From the NCBI GenBank assembly GCA_965662235.1, contig CBFIGY010000003.1, forward strand, positions 128,001-192,000: a stretch of DNA of 64,000 nt, in the 5' to 3' direction. Origin of the DNA: an uncultured bacterium. Its GTDB lineage: Bacteria; SAR324; NAC60-12. The notes beneath the pieces are model-generated. The model ran no database searches and was not told where the DNA came from. It saw only the letters and a program-made list of their open reading frames with translations. Below, piece by piece: positions 29,643-38,656 of this stretch (position 1 is its first letter; each line of letters opens with the position of its first letter). The position numbers were made by a program, and so were the translations under genes.

Positions 29643-30677
29643 ATGAACTGGCTCAAACTTTCCTGGCTTCTGCTGAGCCTCCTGCCCAGCCTGGCGCTGG
29701 CGCAGCTCAGCCCGGCAGATGTCTACCGGTCCACCAGCAATTCGGTGGTCCTCATCATTTCTCATCACGGAGCCGCGCAGTCCAAGGGCACCGGCTCGGT
29801 GATTGCCCCTGGGCTGGTGCTCACCAACGCCCATGTCGTCTTGGACGACCAAGGGCAGGCTCCGCAAAAGCTGCTGATCTTCCTGAAACAGGACAACCTC
29901 AACGACGACAGCCGCCGCATCTATGAAAAGGGGCGACGCGCCACCGTGGTCCGGACACATCAGGACCTAGACCTAGCGTTGCTGAAAGTGGACGGCCTTG
30001 ACGACGTCTCACCGCTCACACTGGGCGATTCGTCTCAAATGGAGATCGGCGCGCCGGTGCTGGCCATTGGACACCCGGAAAACGGTGGCCTGTGGTCCCT
30101 GACCTCCGGGCGCATTGGCTCCAGGATCCGCAACCATGGAGGCGTTTCTGGCCGGCACGTGTTTCAGACTGAGACCAGCCTCAACCGAGGCAACTCCGGA
30201 GGCCCCCTCCTGAACTACGACGGGCAGATCATCGGCATCAACACCAGCATCGCTCGCAAGTCGGCGGACGGCTTGGCCATCACCGGCGTCAACTTCTCGG
30301 TGCAGTCCAATGTAGCCCGGGACTGGCTGGAGCGCGGAGGCGTCTCAATGGCTGCCGCTGCTACAGCATCCCCGGTTGCCAAAACGCCGGTGGGCATCCG
30401 CCGGGTGACTCCGGAAAATCCAGCCCAGCAGGCTCTCCCGGAAACGCCGTTGCCGGAAAGCCCTCTGCTCCCGCCGGACTCGCTGGAGCAGGTGAACCCG
30501 AACGATCTGCTCGGCGCCGCTCCTGAAGGGGAACTGCTCACGCCTCCTCGTCCCTTTAAAGATCAGGACCTCTTTCAGTCCCTCATGGACCAGCAAGAAG
30601 ACGACTTTGACCGACTGATGGACCAACAAGAGAGCTCCTTTGACCAAAAAATGGATGCGGCCTTTGACTCCTTCTGA
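29643..30677 (+). CDS. Exported trypsin-like (S1C) serine protease without PDZ domain
   Basis: Signal peptide; triad motifs LTNAHVV, DLALLKV and GNSGGPL; Pro-rich linker and acidic repeat tail. Confidence 0.9.
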   Translation: MNWLKLSWLLLSLLPSLALAQLSPADVYRSTSNSVVLIISHHGAAQSKGTGSVIAPGLVLTNAHVVLDDQGQAPQKLLIFLKQDNLNDDSRRIYEKGRRATVVRTHQDLDLALLKVDGLDDVSPLTLGDSSQMEIGAPVLAIGHPENGGLWSLTSGRIGSRIRNHGGVSGRHVFQTETSLNRGNSGGPLLNYDGQIIGINTSIARKSADGLAITGVNFSVQSNVARDWLERGGVSMAAAATASPVAKTPVGIRRVTPENPAQQALPETPLPESPLLPPDSLEQVNPNDLLGAAPEGELLTPPRPFKDQDLFQSLMDQQEDDFDRLMDQQESSFDQKMDAAFDSF

Positions 30678-30688
30678 ATGAGGTTGCC

Positions 30689-31738
30689 ATGACTCTGCTT
30701 CCGCGCACGCGCGCCTTCCTGACCGCCACGGCCCTCAGCTGCCTGCTGGGGATTCCGGCTCTGCAGGCCCAGAGCCTAGAAGAGGCGGCGGAGCAAGTGG
30801 TGCGTCAGCTGACTGAAAACCTGACCGCGGCCCCCTTGGAGGTTGAAATCACCACCCTGACCCTGGAAGGCACCAAGGCTTCCAGCCCGTTTGCCGACCA
30901 GTTTCTGGATCGGGTTCGGGAGGAGATGCGAGACCATCCGGGGGACTACCCAAAGGTCGCCCGCCGAGATGTGCAACCTGAAGCCCTGAGCCGCGGAATT
31001 TCCATTGCCAAGCCCAACTTTTCCAGTGCCGATGCGCAGGTGGAAGACGCTGTGCTGGAAGGAACCTACCGGGAGGCCGGAGACCGGCTCTTTGTCGCCC
31101 TGCGCCTCGTCCGGGAAGACGGAAGCTCCATTTCTCAGGCAGAGGCTCCGGTTGCACTCGATCAACTGAATGTTGCCTTCAAACCGGAAGCCGTGTCGGT
31201 TCCGGACCTGCAGGCAGAAGAGGCCGAGTTGGAAGACCTGCTGGCGCTTCCACAGGAGCTGCCGTTGACCGCTCAGCTGGCCAAAGGCGACGGTGCCACT
31301 TACTACTCCGGAGATGCGTTTGAGGTGATGCTGCGCTCAGAAGAAGCTGCGTACATCCGGCTCATCTACCGAGACGTCAATGGCACCACCACAGAGCTCT
31401 ATGAGTCTCCGGGACCGCTTGTAGCAGGACAGACGCACCTCATTCCGCCGCGTCGCAACGGGCGACCTCAGTGGCAGATCGCCTGCGACAGTGGCTGCGG
31501 ACCCGAAACCGTTGTCGTGGTTGCCTCCACTGAGCCCCTCCCCCAGGCCACAGCCACCCGAGGCTTCGGATCTGGTGATTCCTGGGCGCTCGGTAGCTAC
31601 CTCCGGGACCTCTTTGACGCGCTCCCTACTCGCGCCACGACGCCTGCCAGTCGCGGCCTGAATTCTTCTGGTTCCGCCGGCAATTCTGCTCCGGCGCACT
31701 CGCTGTTGGTCCTGCACCTGACCACAGCTGAACGTTAA
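30689..31738 (+). CDS. Exported protein with a FlgO/CsgG-like N-domain and a DUF4384-like domain
   Basis: Signal peptide; DAVLEGTY...LFVALRLV..DG alpha/beta fold; YYSGDAFEV..RSEEAAYIRLIY.D..G...GPETVVVVASTEPL DUF4384 pattern. Confidence 0.65.
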   Translation: MTLLPRTRAFLTATALSCLLGIPALQAQSLEEAAEQVVRQLTENLTAAPLEVEITTLTLEGTKASSPFADQFLDRVREEMRDHPGDYPKVARRDVQPEALSRGISIAKPNFSSADAQVEDAVLEGTYREAGDRLFVALRLVREDGSSISQAEAPVALDQLNVAFKPEAVSVPDLQAEEAELEDLLALPQELPLTAQLAKGDGATYYSGDAFEVMLRSEEAAYIRLIYRDVNGTTTELYESPGPLVAGQTHLIPPRRNGRPQWQIACDSGCGPETVVVVASTEPLPQATATRGFGSGDSWALGSYLRDLFDALPTRATTPASRGLNSSGSAGNSAPAHSLLVLHLTTAER

Positions 31739-31759
31739 CCCCGCTCCTTACAGGACTCC

Positions 31760-32161
31760 ATGCTTCGTCGATTCATCCTGGGCCTTTCTCTATTGCTCAG
31801 CATTGGTACCTCGTCCCTCCACGCACAGTCGCTGGAAGTCGTCTTCAAAGACGGCATCTGGGGGGCCGGTATTGGGGCCACCATTGCCCTCGCCAGTTGG
31901 TCCCTCACCGACCAGGACACGGATGAGCTGCGGGTTCAGTTGACCCGTGGCGCCTCGTTGGGACTGCTGGCAGGGGTGGGATATGGGCTGTATGAAGTCA
32001 ACTCCGGAAACAGCGTCTTTGGACAAAACACTTCCGAGCCCCCCAGCCTGTTCTCCTACCACCTTCCCAGCAACCGCCTAGAAGTTCGCCCCGTTTTCCC
32101 TGTTCCCGCCCTTCACGCTTCCTCCTCCTGGAACTGGAACGTCTTTCAGGCGCAGTTCTGA
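31760..32161 (+). CDS. Hypothetical exported/membrane protein with a glycine-rich helical hairpin
   Basis: Signal peptide; GIWGAGIGA and GASLGLLAGVGYG glycine-zipper helices; ends WNVFQAQF. Confidence 0.6.
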   Translation: MLRRFILGLSLLLSIGTSSLHAQSLEVVFKDGIWGAGIGATIALASWSLTDQDTDELRVQLTRGASLGLLAGVGYGLYEVNSGNSVFGQNTSEPPSLFSYHLPSNRLEVRPVFPVPALHASSSWNWNVFQAQF

Positions 32162-32182
32162 GCAGGAGGGTTTTGATCAACC

Positions 32183-33523
32183 ATGATGCCTACCAGCAGT
32201 GCCGCGGACCAAACCGCGCTTGACCTGGAGCAGCCCTTTCCGCTCAAGCGGATGTTCTACTCCCGGATCATCCCAGGGCTGTTCCTGACCTTCTCCCTCC
32301 TCAGCATCCTGAGCTTCTTGGGCACCCGGAAGCTCATTGAGGAAGTGTACCTCAACCTGGCCAAAAACCGAGCAGAGTCCATCGCCTACAACCTGCAGGC
32401 GCAGATGCCTGCCGTCTGGAAGGACTTCCTGCGGACGCACGACCCGGAACCGTTCCTTCAGCAACCTCAGGGCGTTCAGTTGCTGGAAATCATCCATCAG
32501 CCCATTGTCGACCGACGGACCGCCCGGTTTAAGCTGTACAGCCGCGACCGCACCATCCTCTACGACCCCAAGCTGGAAAACATCGGCAACTACGAGGACA
32601 ATCCGGCCTTGGATCCCGTCTTTCGGCAGGGACAATCGCTGGTGCTCCCCAAGCCTGAGGAGTCCCTCAATGAACTCTACATTCCGGTCCTCAACGATCA
32701 GGGACAGATTGAGGTGGTGTTTGAGCTCTATGAGAAGGAATTCTTTCTGGATGTTCTGATCCTCAACAATCAGCTTCCCACCCTCGGGATTCCTCTCCTG
32801 CTCTTTGTCGGACTCTTTTCCTACCTCTTCTTTCTAGTGGCTCGAGCGCAGCGCGAAATTGACGGGCAGGTGCAGTTCCTCCGTTCCATTCGGAGCAAGC
32901 TGGAGCAGTTTGTTTCCTCCGGAACCATCCAGGCCGCGGTGCTTTCCTCAGAGGTTGCTGAAATTCCTCCTCAGCGCATTGCCACCACCATTTACTACTC
33001 GGACGTCCGCCGCTTCACCAGCCTTGCCGATACGTCTCCTCCCACGGAGGTCGTTGCCTACCTCAACCAAGTGATGTCGGTCCAGATCGAGATCATCAAG
33101 AAGTACCAAGGCGACATCGACAAGCTCATTGGCGACGCCGTCATGGCGCAATTTGATGGCACCGACGGAGAGCGACGGGCTCTGCAGGCCGCTCAGGAGA
33201 TCATTCAGACGTTGGCACCGCAGAACCTTGTCCGGGGCATCGGCATCGGCATTCAGTCCGGAGACGTCCTCGCCTGCGCCGTGGGATCGGCCCAGCGTAA
33301 GGACTTCACCCTCATTGGAGACACCGTCAACCTTGCTGCTCGGCTGTGCTCAGCAGCAAGAAAGTGGGAAATTGTGGTAGAAGACCGCACTCTCAGGCAT
33401 AGTGGTTTGAGGGGTTCTGAATTTTCCGGACCCGAGCCCATTCGAGTCAAGGGACACGATTCGCCCCTAGAAGTCTTCCGCTGGTCTCCTGAAGCCCTCT
33501 CAGAGACCCCGGACGCTCCCTGA
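32183..33523 (+). CDS. Membrane-anchored class III adenylate cyclase
   Basis: Two TM helices flank a periplasmic domain; catalytic motifs SDVRRFT, DKLIGDAVMA and DFTLIGDTVNLAARL. Confidence 0.9.
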   Translation: MMPTSSAADQTALDLEQPFPLKRMFYSRIIPGLFLTFSLLSILSFLGTRKLIEEVYLNLAKNRAESIAYNLQAQMPAVWKDFLRTHDPEPFLQQPQGVQLLEIIHQPIVDRRTARFKLYSRDRTILYDPKLENIGNYEDNPALDPVFRQGQSLVLPKPEESLNELYIPVLNDQGQIEVVFELYEKEFFLDVLILNNQLPTLGIPLLLFVGLFSYLFFLVARAQREIDGQVQFLRSIRSKLEQFVSSGTIQAAVLSSEVAEIPPQRIATTIYYSDVRRFTSLADTSPPTEVVAYLNQVMSVQIEIIKKYQGDIDKLIGDAVMAQFDGTDGERRALQAAQEIIQTLAPQNLVRGIGIGIQSGDVLACAVGSAQRKDFTLIGDTVNLAARLCSAARKWEIVVEDRTLRHSGLRGSEFSGPEPIRVKGHDSPLEVFRWSPEALSETPDAP

Positions 33524-33553
33524 ACGCGCAACCTCATCTGTATCTGACTTTCA

Positions 33554-35677
33554 ATGAATTCCCGCCTCATTGACTTCCCCCACCGCCTCCTCCGGACCCT
33601 GCGTTCCTGGGGATGGCTGCTGGTGCTGGTGTTCTCCGTCTCGCTTACCCATGGACAGAGCACCAAGGGCATCGCCCCTGCCGGAACTCCTGTGGCCCCT
33701 GATTCCGGACAACGCTGGGCCCTTGTCATCGGCAACGCCAACTACGACACCTCTCCTCTGCGCAACCCCATCAACGACGCCCGTGCCATTGCGCAGGTGC
33801 TGGAGACCCTCAACTTCCAGGTGACGTTGCTGGAAAACGCCTCTCAGCGTGACATGAAGAAAGCCATCGACCGCTTCGGGCAGGCACTTCAGGAGGGCGG
33901 CACCGGCCTCTTCTACTATTCGGGACACGGTGTGCAGGTGGGAGGACGAAATTACCTCGTTCCCGTTGGAGCCAGCATTGTCAGCGAGCCTGATGTTGAG
34001 TATGAGGCCGTGGACGCCGGACGGATCCTTGCCAAGATGGAAGCCGCCCGCAACGAAATGAATCTCGTCATCCTTGACGCCTGCCGCAACAACCCCTTTG
34101 CCAGTCAATTCCGGACCGCCAACCAGGGACTTGCGACCCTGAACGCGCCCGCGGGCACCTTCATTTCCTACGCGACGGCTCCCGGATCCGTTGCCTCTGA
34201 CGGCGAAGGACAAAACGGTCTCTACACCGGCGAGTTGGTTCAGCACATGAGTACCCCCGGGCTCAAGCTTGAGGAGGTTTTCAAACGCGTCCGCTCCGGA
34301 GTGCAGGCCAAAAGCAACGGCGCCCAGATTCCGTGGGACGCCTCCTCCCTCACAGGAGACTTCTACTTCCTTCCAGCTGAGGTGGCAGCGCCAGAGCCTC
34401 CGGTTGTTGCTCAAGCAGCACCTGCTGCCCCCGCAGCGCCAGCCCCCAGCCGATACCGTCCGGACGAGGAGGCATGGGAAATTGTGAAGGAATCAGACAA
34501 TCCCACCGACCTCCAGTTCTTCATCAATCAGTTCCCAGAAAGCCCCTTACGGCAAACCGCCCAGCTGAAGATGCGCATCCTGCAGTCCAAGGAGGATCAG
34601 CGTCAGAAGGAAGCCGATCAGAAGCTCCAAGAAGCGGAACGTCGGCAACGTGAAGCCGCCGAGAAGCTGGCAGAAGCAGAACGTCGGCAGCGTGAAGCCG
34701 AGGAACGGCTCACCTCCCAGCAGCAAGCACCGGCCCGCCCTCAGGTGACTGGCCCTCCCCCCCTGAAACCAGGGGAGCGGCACATGTACGTCCCTCCGGA
34801 GTTCTTTGACCAGGTCATTGAGTACCGAGGCCACACCTACGCCCTCACACGCTACCGCTACAGTTTTGACGCCGCAGAGTCCTTGGCTCAGCGGTTTGGC
34901 GGACACTTGGTTCGGATTGATGACCGTGGGGAAAACCGCATGCTCTTCAAGGAGTACCAGCGGGTGCACCGCGATCACGCCGTCTGGTTAGGGTTTTCCG
35001 ATCAGGAGGAAGAGGGGACGTTTCGCTGGACCGATGGCAGCGAGAGTGCCCTGTTCGACTTCCGGGCGTGGGGAAAGGGACAACCCGACAACTGGCAACG
35101 GCGAGAGGACTGTGTCGAGATGCGCTTCCGGTCTTGGGATCCGCAAAGCATGCCGCTCGGCGGTTGGAACGATGCCCCTTGCACCGGACAGATGCGGGCC
35201 TTTGTTGAGTGGTCAAGCACCGACCTGCCCCGGACGCTGGAAGGCGCCCATCAGCAGCCCATGCTTCCTGTTGCTCAAGAACCGGGAAACGGTTTCAGTC
35301 CAGGGTGGAAGCTGTCAGCCCTGCTCGTCACGCTCGGAACCACGGTTGCTTCCTTGAACCAAGCGAGCGCGTACAACGACCTCGCCAATCAAAACAGTTC
35401 CCTCAAGCAGCAATACGCCTCCACTTACGACTCTGATGAGCGTGAAGCCCTGGAGACCCAGTATGCCAGCAATCAAGAGCAGATGAAGTCCCTCAGTTCC
35501 AGCATCCAAACGCTGGACACCGTTAGTGTCATTGGCGCCCTGGCGCTGGCGTACATGTACTTCTCCGAAGACGAAAGCCCCGCCCGCCTAGTGGGTCAGC
35601 GCTCCTGGGCACAACCCGAGTGGCGCCTCAGCCAGAGCCCCAACCATTGGAAAACGGAGTGGACATGGCACTTTTGA
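33554..35677 (+). CDS. Exported caspase-family (peptidase C14) protease fused to a coiled coil, a C-type lectin and a C-terminal hairpin module
   Basis: Signal peptide; ALVIGNANY, YSGHG (His), LDACRNNPF (Cys) and a p10-like region; lectin motifs WLG, QPD and WND with cysteines. Confidence 0.9.
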   Translation: MNSRLIDFPHRLLRTLRSWGWLLVLVFSVSLTHGQSTKGIAPAGTPVAPDSGQRWALVIGNANYDTSPLRNPINDARAIAQVLETLNFQVTLLENASQRDMKKAIDRFGQALQEGGTGLFYYSGHGVQVGGRNYLVPVGASIVSEPDVEYEAVDAGRILAKMEAARNEMNLVILDACRNNPFASQFRTANQGLATLNAPAGTFISYATAPGSVASDGEGQNGLYTGELVQHMSTPGLKLEEVFKRVRSGVQAKSNGAQIPWDASSLTGDFYFLPAEVAAPEPPVVAQAAPAAPAAPAPSRYRPDEEAWEIVKESDNPTDLQFFINQFPESPLRQTAQLKMRILQSKEDQRQKEADQKLQEAERRQREAAEKLAEAERRQREAEERLTSQQQAPARPQVTGPPPLKPGERHMYVPPEFFDQVIEYRGHTYALTRYRYSFDAAESLAQRFGGHLVRIDDRGENRMLFKEYQRVHRDHAVWLGFSDQEEEGTFRWTDGSESALFDFRAWGKGQPDNWQRREDCVEMRFRSWDPQSMPLGGWNDAPCTGQMRAFVEWSSTDLPRTLEGAHQQPMLPVAQEPGNGFSPGWKLSALLVTLGTTVASLNQASAYNDLANQNSSLKQQYASTYDSDEREALETQYASNQEQMKSLSSSIQTLDTVSVIGALALAYMYFSEDESPARLVGQRSWAQPEWRLSQSPNHWKTEWTWHF
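34621..34704 (+). repeat. 42-bp in-frame tandem repeat (2 copies) encoding KL(Q/A)EAERRQREA
   Basis: gaagctccaagaagcggaacgtcggcaacgtgaagccgccga and gaagctggcagaagcagaacgtcggcagcgtgaagccgagga. Confidence 0.85.
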
Positions 35678-37272
35678 ACCGGCCAGGGTGGCCCCTCCTC
35701 CTGGGCGCGCTTCTGCTACTTGAAGCCTGCGGGTCCCTCTCTCTGAAGGACCAGGAGTTGGAAAGCGATCAAATCACAGATGGGTCAGAGCTGACCCGCG
35801 CCACGACGGAGTCTTGCACCGCCGTGTGTGATGGGTTGGTGGCCTATTACCCCTTCTTTGGCAACGCTCATGACACCTCCGGAAACAGCCTAGATGCCCA
35901 GGTCTTGGGAGCGGAACTGACCACCGACCGAGACGGCAACGAAAACCGTGCCTACCGTTTCAACAGCAGCACCGTGGTCAATAGCACCACGACCCACATT
36001 GAGCTTCCCCTGTCTGACCTGACTTCTCACCTAGAGCAAGCGGATTACACGCTCGTGGCCTGGGTTAAGCCGGAATCGGTTCCATCTGGAAGCGACGACA
36101 ACTGGAACGCCCAAGGCATCCTCTTTACCGAAAATGACGGATATGGCCTGAGGTACCACTACCGACCGGTTCTGGAAATGTCCAACCACCTCTATGACGG
36201 TGACAACGAAGGTCTCGACTGGGGAGGGCAACAAGCCGGGGAAGGACAAGCACCCGGAACCTACTACCACGTCGCCGGAGTCGTGAGCACGCAGGAACGG
36301 ACCACCCGCATCTATATCAATGGCGAGGCGGCTGGCTGGGGTGACGACACGGTCAGGGAGTGGGACGATGAAGGATATCCCGACCCCCAACAGAATCCCA
36401 AGCAGTGGCTGATCGGCACCCTAGACTCGGCAACTCTCAAACAAACATTCGATGGCGTCATTGACGAGGTCCGGATGTACAACCGGGCCTTGAGCAGCAG
36501 TGAAATTCAGCAGCTCTATCGAGGAGAGCCTGAAGACCCCACACCGACCATGAGGAAGACCACAGCCTTCTGCTCACGAATCTGCACGGGGCTCGTGGTC
36601 TACCTTCCTTTTATGGGAAGTTATCAAGACGTCGACTACGACACCTTTTCCAACCCGATCGACTCCAACCAGATTTCTATCATTGATGAGTTCAACACCG
36701 TTCCGACACTAACGTCTGACCGAGACCGAGTCGCCAATGCGGCTTACTTCTTTGATGGATTCAGTGACTCACTGACCCTCAAAAACATGAACACCGTTTT
36801 GTCCGACAACGCCTCTTTTACCGTCGCCCTCACCGCAAAACTAGAGAATACTTCTTCCTTCCCAAACCTACACGCAGGCACTTACTACACCGTTGACACG
36901 CTCATCCGGAACGTCAATTACGGAATCTCTGTGCAGTATCACCGTTATGAAGACGGCGGCAACAACCTTTGGTTCACGGTCGGTAACAGTGGTGCAGGTG
37001 AAGAGTCCGCCTTCTCTGGAAATACCGACCCACTGATTTACAACCACATTGTTGGCGTTGCCGATGCGAGCGCGCAAACGATCTCCCTGTATGCAAACGG
37101 GAAGCTTTTGGATGTAAAGGTCTGGGATGGAGAGTCTCAAGTGGGAACGGATTGGTACCTGAGCGACGGGAACAACATCAGCAACAGCCACTTCGGTGGA
37201 GTTCTCGACGAGGTCCGGATCTACAACCGAGCCCTCTCTGCCGAGGAAGTGCAGCAGCTTTACGGGCCCTGA
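35665..37272 (+). CDS. Lipoprotein with two LamG/concanavalin-like domains
   Basis: Lipobox LEAC; two repeats, each starting CxxxCxGLVxYxPF and ending GV(I/L)DEVRxYNRALS..E(I/V)QQLY. Confidence 0.85.
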   Translation: MALLNRPGWPLLLGALLLLEACGSLSLKDQELESDQITDGSELTRATTESCTAVCDGLVAYYPFFGNAHDTSGNSLDAQVLGAELTTDRDGNENRAYRFNSSTVVNSTTTHIELPLSDLTSHLEQADYTLVAWVKPESVPSGSDDNWNAQGILFTENDGYGLRYHYRPVLEMSNHLYDGDNEGLDWGGQQAGEGQAPGTYYHVAGVVSTQERTTRIYINGEAAGWGDDTVREWDDEGYPDPQQNPKQWLIGTLDSATLKQTFDGVIDEVRMYNRALSSSEIQQLYRGEPEDPTPTMRKTTAFCSRICTGLVVYLPFMGSYQDVDYDTFSNPIDSNQISIIDEFNTVPTLTSDRDRVANAAYFFDGFSDSLTLKNMNTVLSDNASFTVALTAKLENTSSFPNLHAGTYYTVDTLIRNVNYGISVQYHRYEDGGNNLWFTVGNSGAGEESAFSGNTDPLIYNHIVGVADASAQTISLYANGKLLDVKVWDGESQVGTDWYLSDGNNISNSHFGGVLDEVRIYNRALSAEEVQQLYGP

Positions 37273-37273
37273 A

Positions 37274-37293
37274 GGCAGGCCCGAAGACCTGCC
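37274..37293 (-). terminator. UUCG-tetraloop hairpin between the convergent LamG and ald genes
   Basis: Minus strand reads GGCAGGUC-UUCG-GGCCUGCC; the U-tract is weak. Confidence 0.6.
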
Positions 37294-37312
37294 AAGGCAT
37301 AATGGAGGGAGC

Positions 37313-38425
37313 TTACAGGAAGGACTGCGCGGGCGTGTAGTCGTAGCCGAGGGAGGTCGCCACTCCTTCGCAGGTTACGTTGCCAGCGTGGGTGTTCAGT
37401 CCCAGCTCAAGGGCGCGGTCCGCTTGGCACGCGGCCTTCCAGCCTTTGTTTGCCAACTGGACGGCATACGGCAGCGTCACATTGGTCAGCGCTAGGGTGG
37501 AGGTCCGGGGCACAGCACCCGGCATGTTTCCCACCGAGTAGTGCACCACTCCATGCTTTTCATAGGTGGGGTTGTCGTGATAGGTCACACGATCAATGGT
37601 CTCAATGCACCCACCTTGGTCAATGGCCACGTCCACAATGACGGATCCCGGCTGCATGGCCTGCACCATTGACTCCGTGACCAGGTGCGGCGCCTTGGTT
37701 CCCGGAATCAGCACTCCGCCCACAAGCAGGTCACATTCGGCCACGGCCTCTGCAATGTTGTGGCTATTGGACATCACGGTCTTGACGCGTCCCATGAACA
37801 CGTCGTCGAGGTACCGGAGCCGGTCGGCGCTGATGTCCAGAATCGTCACCTCCGCCCCCAGGCCAACGGCCATTTTGGCTGAGTTGATGCCCACCACGCC
37901 TCCACCGAGCACGGTCACTTTTCCCGGACGCACCCCGGGAACTCCGCCCAGCAGCACCCCGCGTCCGCCCTGAGGCTTTTCCAAGAAGCGCGCACCGATC
38001 TGCACCGCCATCCGTCCGGCCACCTCGCTCATCGGTGTCAGAAGCGGGAGGCTTCGGTCAGGCAGCTGAACGGTTTCATAAGCCACGGCGGTCACCTTGG
38101 CCTCCACCAGCGCCTGCGTCAGAGGTCCTTCTGCAGCAAGGTGCAGGTAGGTGTAGAGCAGCAGATCGTCTCGGAAGTAAGCAAACTCCTCCTTCAGTGG
38201 CTCCTTCACCTTGACCACCATCTCATTGGCCCATGCTTCTTGTGCGGACCCGACCAGGGTGGCCCCAGCGGCTTCATAATCGGCATCCGGAAACCCGCTG
38301 CCGACACCGGCTTGGGTTTCCACTTGAACAGCATGGCCGTGCTTCACAAGCTCAGCAACGCCCGCCGGGGTCATGCCGACCCGATTCTCGAGGGTTTTGA
38401 TTTCTTTAGGGACTCCAATGCGCAT
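37313..38425 (-). CDS. ald: Alanine dehydrogenase
   Basis: [37 protein letters not shown] and NMPGAVP motifs. Confidence 0.97.
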   Translation of the reverse strand: MRIGVPKEIKTLENRVGMTPAGVAELVKHGHAVQVETQAGVGSGFPDADYEAAGATLVGSAQEAWANEMVVKVKEPLKEEFAYFRDDLLLYTYLHLAAEGPLTQALVEAKVTAVAYETVQLPDRSLPLLTPMSEVAGRMAVQIGARFLEKPQGGRGVLLGGVPGVRPGKVTVLGGGVVGINSAKMAVGLGAEVTILDISADRLRYLDDVFMGRVKTVMSNSHNIAEAVAECDLLVGGVLIPGTKAPHLVTESMVQAMQPGSVIVDVAIDQGGCIETIDRVTYHDNPTYEKHGVVHYSVGNMPGAVPRTSTLALTNVTLPYAVQLANKGWKAACQADRALELGLNTHAGNVTCEGVATSLGYDYTPAQSFL

Positions 38426-38656
38426 GGGACTCTCTCCGGTGAAAAAAGCAATCGGCTCTGCTTGCGGGCAACGAGCCAGGAAAATAGGACTATTTTGGGG
38501 GGAGCCGGACGGACAATCAACCCTTCTACCGGCTCCAAGGCGGGTTGGCAGAGAAAACGGGAAAAAGCGGCTCCTAGACTCCCGAAAACCAAATGTTTTT
38601 CTGTTTCCTGATGGAATTCCGCGTTACGTTTTCGGGAAAACCCAGGAGCCGGTGTG

